Assembly (NCBI GenBank): GCA_964658305.1
Contig: OZ210885.1
Location: 19,840,001-19,904,000 of the forward strand
Direction of reading: 5' to 3'
Source: Leptogorgia sarmentosa
Lineage: Eukaryota
DNA length: 64,000 nt
Under the pieces are notes generated by a model. That model saw nothing but the letters and a program-made list of their open reading frames with translations, searched no databases and had not been told where the DNA came from. The position numbers and the translations under genes are program-made. Position 1 is the first letter of the stretch, and every line of letters starts with the position of its first letter. Shown piece by piece: positions 50,501 to 62,999 of this stretch.

Positions 50501-51710
50501 CAGTATTTCCTGTCTTTCTCATATATTTTGAGTAACAACACTGTAAAACTGATGTAGATCCCAGCAATTGGTGATGCATATATAAACCATATAACCCAAC
50601 TATATTGGAAAGAGAAAAGTAATTCTCTTTCAGCTACAGTACCTGGGAAACAGAATGTTCGTAACATTATGATTTATTTAATATGGTAATAATATGTTTC
50701 TTTTCTTCGGACTGTATACAAGAAACTATACAAAAATTCTGGAAGAAAGAAAGGTACCCTGCGATTCTTCAGAGAAAAACTCAATCAGAGGAATGTCACT
50801 GCTGATGTGAAGCACTATGAGGATTGTGAGCAGCTGCTTTTCAGTGTTGGAAATGAGGATTGTTGTTGTTTTGTCATTGAAGCCCTTTTAGAATTTTTCC
50901 AAAAACACGAACCAACAGTGAACAATCCTCATAGTGTTGAAGTTCTAACAGAAGAGTACAGGAAACAATACATTACCAGCATGCTGGATAAATTCATTGA
51001 CGAATTTGTTTTCATAGGTGGAAATGGAGAGGTCGCAGACAGTGTTTGGAGCTATTCTGTCAATGTCATCGAATGTTTTTTAATATTGGTCAACTTTAAG
51101 GATGCAGTCTCCAGGCAATGATGAGCACCTGCTCATCCTAAGGAAACAGTTGCTGCACCATTTCTTTGCCACACCTGGCTTCAATCAATTTTCAATTGAG
51201 ATGCTGATCAATATCCTGCAAAGCAAAGTGCTGCTATCAGAAGCAGAGGCACATCGCTGCAAATGGGCAGCTACAGTTAATTGGGAAGGCGGTGCTGGAA
51301 ACAACATCGAGATTGACCTGTTCCAAGAGAACAGAAATTGTGAGATGAAGTAGCTGATCAAACCAATGGGTGCAAACAAAACAGAGCAATCTATTTCTAG
51401 AGCAAGCAAGGCATCTGGAGGTGTGACAAGTATTGTTGATGCGTTTGAGCATCAAGTAAACATCCACCAGAAATGAAATCTTCCAGACACTCACACAAGT
51501 CGTCAGCCAGTGATGAAGCAATCATAAACAAAGATCTGAGAGACTTAAGGCGATTCAAGAAGGATGATGAATGATCATTTGAATCCTTTAAAGGGATTTC
51601 CCATGACCCCACCCACACATTGAACAAAGAAAAGTTCAAAACCTGGATGTCATGGCACAAGAAAAACCTCTTGATGCACTTTTCAGTGATTGGTGACACT
51701 GAAAATGAGC
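47558..51710 (+). pseudogene. Second, degenerate Academ(H)-type element: left end and multi-exon transposase, no helicase or right TIR
   Basis: Terminus CAACCTTGTTCCCAGGGTC resembles the 3987 TIR. Exons collinear with 4242-9530: CRLC...CRPC, VGDQLT...IVDWH, FKDAV..GN, TVNW.GGAGNNIEIDLFQEN. Many stops and frameshifts. Confidence 0.7.
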
Positions 51711-52240
51711 ATGAAGAAGAACTGTTTTATATGGAATAAGGGATGTATACACTGTAATGTGTAAGTTTAAAAATATATTGCTACTTACGGTTCCTGCCTT
51801 GCAGAAGGCAATAGCACTTATTGCTCTTGTTCCTACCACCAAGCCTTGCATTGATGCAATATGTTTGTAACTGTCTTCACACGGTGCGTGCGTGTGTCCG
51901 TCCCGAACTCTAGATCACGTGACTGACCTCGAGGTCTGCGAAAAAAACTTTACTTTAAAGTGAATAAGAAGGAGACTATAATTTGTATTCACAACAACGT
52001 TTTGTGCGATAAACTAGGATGTTATAGTGTGTGGTTCTTACCCGGAACCGTTGTTTACCTTTTCTTTGTCTGTATTAAAGTTATGAGTTAAAACAACGTT
52101 TCGTGGTGTGTCTATATTTGCATGAAATCTAAGGAGACATTACAATGTTTTCAAAATGAAGATTGTTGGTAAAAACAATAGCCTTATGGAACCTGAATAA
52201 GTGCTATTATTAAACAATTAGGCTTCATATCAATTTATTA

Positions 52241-55200
52241 CAGGGACCGCGGAGCGAATTTAAATGTGGGGGGGCCAGAATAACCTTTCCAGGTATTAAT
52301 TGGTATTTACGATATAATCATCCCTGAGTCTGTCTTCTGAATGTCTATGCGCTATACTGTATTGCAATTGCACAAGGGCATATATTGTACATATCGAACC
52401 ACGTTCACAGCATGTGTATAATAGCTTTGAGTTGGCTTTGTATGCAGTAATGTATAAATCAGGGAAACCACTTCAAATCAGGAAAGCCAACAGTAAATTA
52501 TTATTCAGAAAGGAATATACAAAAATGAATCTCCAATTTACATGTTCGTCACAGAGATATGAATGTCTATGTCTTTGAACGATGATCAGCTGCGCTGAAC
52601 TTTCCAAAGTTCTTTGCTCTATATTCGTTGGTAACAAAATCATTTGCAACGGATATAGCGTCAATAGTATCAGTTCTCTGTTTGTGAAAATGTAACAGTG
52701 CCAAGTTATTAAACCGTTTCTGTCCCATTTTGGATCGTAACCACGTAAGAAGGTGGCAAGCTAAGGAAAACGATCTTTCTGCACTAGCCGTAGTTGCAGG
52801 ATTAACTAAAATCAACTTACAAATTTTGACGACAGAGTCCATCAAACATCTTTGCTCTGGTTTTAGAGCTTTTACACTTTTCAAAATATCGTCGAAATTA
52901 ACAATGCCATCACCATTGTGCAATAAAATCTTGAAGACAGGTAACTGCGCAGAGAGCTCGATTAAACTGACGTCACCTGTGAAATTCTCCTGTAAATATT
53001 GAATATATTCCTTAACGTCATCACCTTGAAGACTTTTCAACAGAAGTGTTTCTAAATTTTGATAGGCCTGGAAACTGGGTTGCAAGAAACGTGACTTGAT
53101 GGACGATATAAGTAAATCCAGCGCTTCGAAATATTTTCTGCGATAATCGTTGTCTGGGACTAATTGGGAACTCTGCATCTGCTTCCCCATAGTCATACCT
53201 TGGATTCGGTTTTCTCTTTCGCTTTAATACCGGAGGCTTTATAAAACCGTGAGCTGTAGCCTTTTTCTCAACTATGTCAAAGAAATTATCAAAGCTATTG
53301 TCGTTTCGCATATTTTCCAGCACTTGAACTGTAAGCATTGCTGTGTTGAAACTTGACAAAGCACACATCTTTATACTCTGTAAAGACTTTGAAAGGTTAT
53401 CACTGTGCTTGTACAAGTTCTCACCGAGACAGAGTCCAAAAAATAGAGAAAATGTTTCCATTTGATACTTGCAACCTATAATTCTCAACTTCACTTCGCT
53501 TTCTAATTTGCCTTGCTTTAATGTTACTCGCCACAGTTCCATTATTTCATCGTAATTTTCGAGAATTCTCTCAAAGCAGATGGCACGAACAGTCCATCTT
53601 GTTTTACTTAGCTTTGTGATACCAGCTGGCTGGTCATACTCTTCGTCCTCCATCTCCAAATTTTCTTTGATATTGTTGAGAATACTTTCTCGTTTAGGAG
53701 AATATTTAATCAAAAGCACAATTTCGCAGGCAATATCTAGGGCATCTTCCATGACTTTGGAATTAGCTGTCATATCCTTCACGCACAAATTAAGAGAGTG
53801 CGCATGGCAATGGGTTGAGTGTGCACGTGGTTGGATATCACATATTTGTTTTGCCACTCCCGAATTTTTACCCAACATATTGCTTGCGCCATCGTACGAC
53901 TGACCTCGGCATTTGTCAAGCGACAGTGTTAATCTCACACATGCATCCTTAATCGCAGAAACAATCGTGTTCGCTGAGATATCTGGAACACTATAGAAAC
54001 CCAGAAAGTCCTCGAACGCCTCCAAATTGTCATTGACCCACCGTACGCAAAGGTTAGTTGTTCTTTATTTGCTATATCGGTGTACTTGTCACAGAGAAGT
54101 GAAAAGAAATTGGGACTGATATCTTTCACGACGTCACGCAACAGATGGTTTGCCATTATTGAACATATTTCGTTTTGTATGTCATGACTGATATATTTGT
54201 CCTTTCTATTTGACAGCCACGCTCTTAAATCCGGACAATCAATGGCTTTAAATTTCAATATTTGAAAAAAGTTGGACTCCACTTCCGTAGAACCTTGAAA
54301 TGCAATATTCTGTCTGGCGAGAACTCTACAACATTCTATAATTTGTAAAAGGCACTGGCGATTCACAGCCATAGTTCTTTGCGCATTCGTACTTATCAGT
54401 TCTGCAACATTACTTGTCTCTTTCAACGCATTGTCAAACGTAATAGCAGTCATATGACATAGAGATTTCTCGTGTTTTCTAAAGTTTTCAATCGCATTTT
54501 TCCAGTTACAATAACCTGTTTTTATGAATGCGTTTTCTTGATTCCTGCAGCTGTTAAGTGCAGATTTTTCATGTTGTTGATGACATATATAACATCTTGC
54601 AACATCAAATCCTTCATCGTAATGTAACCATGGAAATTTTTCAAACCATGAGGCTTGAAACGCACGCTCACGACAACCATATTTTCTTGTCTGAAATTCA
54701 GCACAGTGTTTTGGTTGGTTTAGTGCTATTATTGGAGGAAGGACAGCCGTTGCTCGATTTGGGTCATTAAAGATTTGTTCAGTGTTGGTTTTAAGAGTAT
54801 TGGTGGAAGCAATTGTGCCCAGAAGAATTGTGCCCGGAAAGTCAAACGATGTGTCATTACTTGGGACACTGTCCTCTTCTCGTTGTTGACTTGCTAAATT
54901 TATTAAGGAATTACATGTTGAGTTCCCTCACTACATATTGAAAGCGTGGTGACTGGCAGAAATTTTAAATATTCAATTGGTATGAAAAGGTACATATTGG
55001 ATTTAGTCTAGGTTTCTGACGGGAATTTTACCACGACGAGACGTAACAATATTTGATAGCAGTTTGTCAAATTGTCAAATAGAATGTAAAACGATATTAA
55101 TAAAAGTGACGTCGCCTGCGTTATCAATAATTAGACCTACAAGTTGTAAATTTCATTTACACGCAACAACAAAACGTTAAAAAAACCCTACAAAATCAGT

Positions 55201-55960
55201 TTGTGGCATTGATTTTCACGATAATTAGCTCCAGAAAATTAACTGACTGTGAACTACTACGCGGATGTTGATTATAAACCGACAATAAACTAACTTGTTA
55301 CCAAGATTCATTGCATTAAAAATTTTATAAATAAAAAGCGACAATTCCAGCTTATTTTTCATCGCCTGGTTATTGTTCAGTCTTCGTATGGTCTCGATCA
55401 GGATCAGGGTGATCACAATAGAACCTAGCACGTACGCGGGCAAACACTAACAGACCCTTCGTCATATATGAACTTATAATATGTATTCACTATTGTAAAC
55501 TAAGTATACTTACGATATCGGATAAATATGATTATAATAGAGCTACGTACATCGCGCACGCGAAAATAATTATTTAAAACGAGTGAAATTTAGTTGTATA
55601 TAAGAATACTAGTAATTAAGCCAGTAGCTAATAAAAGAAAACATATATCACTGACAAGTAATGTGAAATAAAACTGTATATAAGGATTGGAAAGGGACAC
55701 TGACACACTTTGTCCAAAACAAATTACTACAGCAAATTGTGTATGCACTACTTGCCTTCTTCTGATGATGTAGCAGTTAGTAATAGTGGACGGAAAAAAT
55801 TGGTAATCTTCTTATTTTTCGACATGGATGTTTTCCCGACAATCTCGGAAGGCGGACTTCTCCATTTTTAGAAACAAATTTTTATTTCAACGTAGCGCTT
55901 CATTCGGCGAAAAGTGGGGGGGCCATGGCCCCCCTGGCCCCCCCAGTTCTGCGGTCCCTG
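52241..55960 (-). mobile_element. Full-length hAT (Tip100/ZMYM1-like) DNA transposon, 3720 bp
   Basis: TIR CAGGGACCGC.GA with G/C-run subterminal motifs (GTGGGGGGGCCA at both ends). Flanks share only TATTA rather than a clean 8-bp TSD. Confidence 0.85.
52567..54704 (-). pseudogene. hAT transposase, frameshifted
   Basis: TTF Zn finger (WFE.FPWLHY), LARQNIAFQG, YISHDIQNE, FSLLCDKYTDIANKEQL, GQSYDGASNM, HCHAHSLNL, TRWTVR, dimerisation domain PATTASAERSFS..TWLRSKMGQKRFNNLALLH. Confidence 0.92.
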
Positions 55961-56256
55961 TATTACTAAACTAATCATGATGATTAATAGCATATGTTTT
56001 GTGCATTCTTCAAACAAACTGTAGTCACAAAACTAGCTGCAAATTTTAAGGTGCATTTTAAGATGAAAGTTGCATATATTGAATTTTGTCAAATGTATTT
56101 AATCTGTTTGGCAGTAACTGTATGATAATATAACAGCAATATTTTTATTTGGAAAGGATAATGATACCAATTGGCCAAACAATATTTTTTAAAATTAAAC
56201 TAGTTTCTATCACACATAGTACATGCACTGTAAAAATTTTCATAATCACATTGATA

Positions 56257-56432
56257 CCTAGTAAGCCAAAAGACGTCGTTTCAATGTTGATTCGACGTCG
56301 CCCAGCGACGTCGAAAGGGCAACATCGAAAAAGGTTTGAAAACACAAATTGAATTGACTTCATACTATCGACGTCGCATTACCAACGTTGAAACGACGTA
56401 GAAAAAAGTTTGAAAATGCAAATCAAAACGGC
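56257..56432. repeat. Solo EnSpm/CACTA-like terminus with ACGTCG subterminal repeats
   Basis: TA|CCTAGTAAGCCAAAAGACGTCG followed by repeated cgacgtcg/aacgttg palindromes. No partner end found. Confidence 0.4.
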
Positions 56433-59142
56433 GCAAATGGGGTAGGGGAATAATAAAAAGGCAAAAAAATCAGGAATTGACACATACAATTTTGTATAAG
56501 AAATATTGATTATCTTAATCATAAGTACATATAAAATCTACTACACACAAAGTTATTCATTGATGCTCGTTATTACACAGCGTGTCAAAAACGATAGATA
56601 CATGCATATGTAAAATAGAAAATAACCATGTTTTGGAAGCTTGACAAAAGTGACTGTATATATGTTGGTGTACGCTGAAAATTTGTGCCCTCGGATTATG
56701 TATAACGAAACGATTGTCCAGTTGAAAAACGACTTCTGTGGCTAAACATTAATATTTTAATATTATATCAACTCAAGATAACATTTTTGCACTCGGAATC
56801 TCGGTTACCCAGATTTAAACCTCAGTTAAAGTTTGAGTAAGTGACTCTTTGAAGTTTACCGGCCTTCCAAACCATGGTCGTTATTTAACTATATATTTTA
56901 CTTTCTCCCGCTGCCACTTTCTCGATCAGGCGCATATTTTAAAATTTTCTTTATTGCCTGGCACACATCGTCCTCCGTTCCTGAATGATTTTTCAGTACA
57001 CTCTCTACAATAAATAAAAAGTGCTTGTATAATTATAGATTATAATAAATGTAAAATTGATAAATTCTTCCAAGGGTTTGCACAAGTAGCTACATATATA
57101 GGTGAAATTTAGATAACGTTCACATGAAAAATGTATGGAAATGAATACATTCGAATGCAAAAATACATATAGGAATGCAAAAAGGAAACTGTACAAAACA
57201 CCCTTCCAAATATAGTTAAAATATTATACCACTATTAAAAAACCCAGATTGATGTTGTGTAACCATTGATCGAATTACAGTAATTATTTTCGCAAATCAT
57301 GGCCAGAAATATGGGACATTTAAACTGCGCATACTCGACATTTAGTAAACAAAGATGACGTAAAGGCTCTATAAGAATGTATTAGTAGCAGCATCATATT
57401 CAAATTTGAGCAAGTTTGTTCGGAGCTTACTCATTTGCCGCACTTGATATGATACGATTGAAACTTCGGTAGTCTAACAAAATTACTTTCATACTTATTT
57501 CAACCGTCATCTGGTTACAATTCGAACGCAATTTTGATCTCCAATTGGTTAGTATTACTATATATAAATGGCGCAAATTCCACAATAACAAGCATTTAGG
57601 GCCATCTACGGCCATTAAAGATCTGTTTTACTTCTGATCAAATCTGCCGCCCTTCCCTCGTAAACAACAACACAACGAATATTCGCACAGCAATTCTCGA
57701 AATAATCCGTCCATGTTAACAGGTTACAATTCAGCGTGAAAAACAAGGGAATTCAATGATTTAATTTGATCCATATAAGATGATTTGCGCGACTATGAGC
57801 GCCCAAAACATTGCCTAAACTGCGTTTGTTTTGAAATATTTCGCCATGTTTGGTATCAATACGAAGCTTAGAAACCAGGCTTTTCGATAGTTTATATTAG
57901 GATTAAAGAGGGTTTGCTTTAAACGTCCCCCTATATACCCATCTGTTCATTGTTTATTTTGATTCGCGCCATTGAGCGCCATAATTTAAATTTGTAATGA
58001 TTATGTCAGATATTCTAAAACAATTTGATTTAAATAAATTTAAATACAGCATTTCTTTGTCTACTGAACATTGCCTAAGTTATGTAAGAAAGGCTTCTGT
58101 GAGCGAAGATGAAATAGTGTTGACTATTGGTATTCCGCATGAGCATTTGAAAAGTTGGCATGATCTGAAGCGAAGTGGCACATTGTCTCAGCACTCGTAT
58201 ACCGAAATTTTGAACGCATTCATATCTTCTCACGGAATACAAATCAACGGGAGTCAGAGAATCAATGAGCTACTAAGGAGAAGTTGTGGGGAGATAAAAA
58301 GTAAATGCTGCAAGCTTAAAGGCTGTTATAAAGCTGAATATCTTAGCACAATTAAACGTATTTCAGTTTTCCGCAATGAGGTAGTTAAGGTGGCTGAGGT
58401 ACAAGAATTGATAGTCAGTATCAGAGGAAAATGAAAGGCTGGAAGAGAATGGGAGGGAGTTGCGGGCTGAAATTGGAACATTAAAAGAGAGCAAGATAGC
58501 AGCTGATAAAGCATTAAGTAGCAAACAAGAAGAATATGAGGCCATCTTGAATGAAAATAAAAAACTTAGTGATTACCTGAAAAAAGTTGGAATTTCTGTC
58601 AATTTTAAAAACACAGGAAGAGAAATATCAGAGCTTGGGAAAAAGCAGCAAAACCGCAAACTTACTGAACTGAAGGCAAATGTGAAAGAGCTTGTGGTTT
58701 GCAAACACCTTCGGTCTAACACTGGAATCTGCAGTTTTTAGTGATAAATATGGGTCAAATTACTCGTTAGCATATCAAACCTCTCCGCAGAATAAAAAGT
58801 ACAATGAACTTGCGGAAATGGAAAAGAAAAGGATAAAAGAAATCCTTTTTATTATGGATCACTTTTGTATAGGCGAGGCTGCCTATCATGAAGTCACAAT
58901 GACCCAAGCTGGAGAGAATTTACCACGGTCCTATCTCATCAAACAGTGCAAAGAGACACTGAATGCACTGACATGTATTGAGAGGACACCTGGGGTATGT
59001 GAAGGAGCACAGCTCAACTTCCATGATGCTCTCTGCAACGAAATCCAAAAACATGTAAGTGCATCCAATGATAAATTTACCTATTGAGCCACAATGCACC
59101 CAAATGTTCCCTATCTTGATATTCTCTCTGTATATTAATTAA

Positions 59143-59200
59143 CCCCTTTAGCGCCAGCGCTCTCCCCTTGACAAGTAAAATCGTCTGGCGTTATAATGGG
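59143..59200. mobile_element. Tiny piggyBac-like MITE in an intron (related copy at ~59733-59843)
   Basis: TTAA|CCC...GGG|TTAA. The core AGTAAAATCGT..GCGTTA recurs inverted at ~59789-59810. Confidence 0.5.
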
Positions 59201-60345
59201 TTAAACATCAGATAAGGTTACTTATCAAGGGAAGGGTCTTGCATACTAATGAACCAATCATGTTTGCTCATTTCCAAGCTTAAATAATTTTTCTAGATGG
59301 AAAAATGCAGACTGAATGGCTTGGATGTTCCAGCAAAGTATCAGATCAAGCTGAGTGGTGATGGTGCAAGAATGACGCGAATTACTGGGTTTATTGTGAT
59401 TTCATTCTCAATTTTGAATGATGGAGATGCTGTTCTAGCATCGAGAGGTTAGAACCGTGTAGCTGTTACTGAAAAAAATATATGAAATATTCTTAGTAAC
59501 AAAAATCTTTATTTTATCTTTTTCCTTTCAGGGAATCATACAGTTGCTGTAATCAACGGTAAAGAGGATTATGACACCCTTCAATCATCATGTGCAAGGA
59601 TCTTTGAGGATGTGAATAAGATTGTGGAAACCGGCATATTGAAAATAGCTGAAAACAATGTACCTGTAGAGATGTTTCTTGGTAGTGACTACAAGGTGAT
59701 TTGCATTGTATATTTATTATGATTCTCATTGATTAACCATTAGGCAGCATTGCACCCTCAAACGCCTTACTTTAATATTTTACTCTGTCTAACGCAATAC
59801 GATTTTACTTATCAAGGGTAGAGTACGGCCGCTTAATGGATCAATATGTTGTTAAATATAAAATTGAATGGGCTTTTAGCACCGGGAACCAAGGCTCCAT
59901 TCCTAGCCAATTAGGAATAATATTATTTCTTAAGAGTGGAAGCACATCTTACTGAAGTTGATTTATAAACTGAAGTTTTTTATTTAGTTTCTTTTGTTGA
60001 TATTGGGCATGAAATCGGCAACATCAGATTATGCTTGTATATGGTGCAAGATCCAAAAGTTGTTAAAGGGGAAGTCATTGTTTGTAACAATTTAGGTTCA
60101 AATGAAAGATAATATACTTCTTATCGTCCGTACCAAATCTTAGGTCCCCATAGTAAATACAACTCGAGAAATAGAAAAATAAAAAAGTGAATTTTGCCAT
60201 ATTTCGCGGCAGCCATGAGTACATGCGAGCGAACATGCAATCAAACAGCGGTTTTATCTTGTGACGTCACTGTGGGTTCATGCTAAAATGCAAACATACA
60301 TATTGCATTTCGTACGCTTCACAACACGATATAAGGACCGAATAA

Positions 60346-60540
60346 ATGGATTTTTCAAACGAATTTTCGAGCGAAAGTTCTTCAAGTTCTGGTTTAGAAG
60401 ACGGCAGAGAAGAGTTCCAAGTTAAAGACGTTGTAGGAATGATTCAACCGTACTCGTTTGAACCTGTTGAAGAAACAGATTCTGAGGGAGATGATATGTT
60501 GATCGATCATGAATCTTACACTGAGGGTGAGTGTTTATGA
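60346..60540 (+). pseudogene. Truncated N-terminus of the Kolobok second (KolX-like) protein
   Basis: Acidic Ser-rich N-terminus with IQPYSFEP motif, convergent with and abutting the transposase stop; the remainder appears deleted. Confidence 0.55.
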
Positions 60541-62999
60541 CATGTTATCAACTGTGGCTTTCCTCATACGTGATCTGTGTGCTGCAATCACCTCGACTTT
60601 ATTAGGCCTTGGCGTTGGTGCAATGTTCTTTGGAATGCTTACAAGTGATGTTTGGACCTTGTTGTTCTGGAATGACATTACATCTTCCATTAAGTTTTGG
60701 ATGAATGCAAATGACTTTCTCTCCAACACTGGTTTTGCTACCCAGCTCTGGTGCCCTTTTGGAAATACTACCTTGTATTTCTTCTCACCCTTGGCTTTCC
60801 CTTGTTTGACAGTGGCATGCATTCTTCCAGTATTGAAGTTATTGTCAATCACCGCCAACTGCGTTCTAGCTAACATTCCATTGTAAGAAAAGTGTGTGCG
60901 TTTTGGGACATACTTCAGCAGCAAGGAATGGAATACTTCAAGATTACCTGTGTGGTGAAAGTTTGGCAATATCCTTTAATAATTTTCTGTTTAGTACCAC
61001 CTCCTCCAAAGCTACATGTGGCGCAGATCCAGCCTCTAACCATTTGGTTTTCCGTTCTTTACTTCTAGACAAACGACCATGCCCACACATGAGAAAGTGC
61101 TTGCCATTCTTCCAGCTGTGTTTATTTACAACATGATGTAAGATTGATATCCACATTTCATGAAGTACTTCAGCATTGCCATTGCATGCCTGTGCACAAT
61201 ACCACAGATGGTTAGAGACAGACTTGACCCATTTCATTAGCTCCTCATTCCCTTTTTTCTTGGCTTTATTGGTCAATTTTTTTGTCACCCACTTGGCCAG
61301 ATGCCAGACATCATATTGGTGGACTATTGACGGGTACTTCTTCCTCATCTCTGCTGTAATTTGTGTGTGACGATCTGTTGTTAAAGATCTAACATTAATC
61401 CCCTGATCAAGTATTTTATTTAGTGACCGTTGGCAGCCTTCGTTCTCCATCGCATTGGAAGATGAAACTTCAGAGACTTGAACAAGAGAGAAATCAACAA
61501 TTTTCCCTGACGTTTCATCCATTAACGAGTAAGTACCATACTTGGCACTATGACCAGGACTGTCCGATCGACCATCACCGCACAACTCAATTGGTTTCTT
61601 CTCCTGTTTGATTTTTTCCACAATTTCATTCTGTTGCTTTTTGTAGGCACTGTCAATTACTGGAAAAACAATCTCTTTTTGCACATTATAAAAATGTTCC
61701 TTATTGACAAAGTTCAAATTGAGAGCATTAGCAAACTGTTTGGTAGATTCATAGGTACCTCCGGTAATAACAGTTGCTGCTGGAATCAAAATGTTACCTG
61801 CTGGCTTGTTGTTTAACTCTGGTTGTGAATTCCACTGGAAGGTGTGATTGTTGTAGCATGTTGCTTTAACTGTTACCATGCTACCATTAATACTCTTTTC
61901 AATCTCACACAATGAATGACATGTTTTACATGAAATAAACAATTGGTCTAGCATGCTCTCAAACACAATAAATTTTCTTTCATTTTCTAGATCTTCACCC
62001 TCAGATTCGTCATTGGTATCTGGTTCTGGACAGACATAATCATCACCACTATCTGAACACTCATCACTACTACTTGAACTGTATTCCATTTCCACATCTG
62101 TGAACTGTTCAGATTCAGAGTTAGAAGTAGTACTGGTTTCAGGAGTGACTGGGAGAATAACTGGTGTTGTAGGGGGAGTGGCAATGGGACTTTTAGTGAT
62201 CTCTTGAGCAGGTGTCATAACCTTCGGTTTAGTGGATTTCTTTTTCCGAGGGGCAAGCGTTTGTACTCCAATAGTCCTCTGCATTGGCTTATCGCACTGA
62301 CTATCCGCATCAACCAAGACTATCTGATCACACTGTGTTTCTGCATCCTGAAGTGAAATTCCTGCAGGTTCATGTTCAAGCATATATCAGTGACATCTTC
62401 ATGTTCTGCATGATTCAGCAAGGTTTCTACCTCCTGTAAAACAGCTTAATTTATGAATTGTGAGTAGTAGACTATCTGTGTGATATGCTCATATCTACTA
62501 ATGAGCCAGCCACCCTGCCTAACCAAAACTGGAAATTGTTTACCGTCAACTAGAATTAACTGAAAATACATTAAAAATTTGAGTACTACTATAAAGAGAT
62601 TGGTATACAAATTACAACAGATATCTAGCGGAACAGTCAAATATATTTTTCAAGTACCTCAACTCTTCTAATTTTCTCTCTGATTATTTCTCTCCTCTGC
62701 GAGAATATCCGCTCTGGTTTTCGATGTACAAATGGAAATATAGAGGGTACACTTCCAGCTTTTAATGTTTTTTTCGTTTTAAGACCAAACATCTCTTTAA
62801 GAGAGCCGTCAAAACATTCGGAGGCGAAATGCGCGCTACAAACATAGCATGAATTTGCTTTTGGCAGGTTCTCACGACGAATCTTTATGAGCCATGTTTT
62901 CCGCATCTGCTGGTCGTTTGGCAAACGATGGTAAGATATATTGCTTCCCTTTGTCTTCTTTGAGCAATTCGTGCAACCGGGTACCATGCAATACGGCAT
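60535..62999 (-). pseudogene. Kolobok THAP plus DDE transposase (two exons, two frameshifts)
   Basis: THAP exon 62999-62658 (MPYCMVPGC...YHRLP...W...VCSAHF...SVPSIF), intron 62657-62434, then GDGRSDSPGHSAKYGTY, TTDRH, HQYDVWH, and after a shift near 60960 HTGNLEVFHSLLLKYVPKR. Confidence 0.9.
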
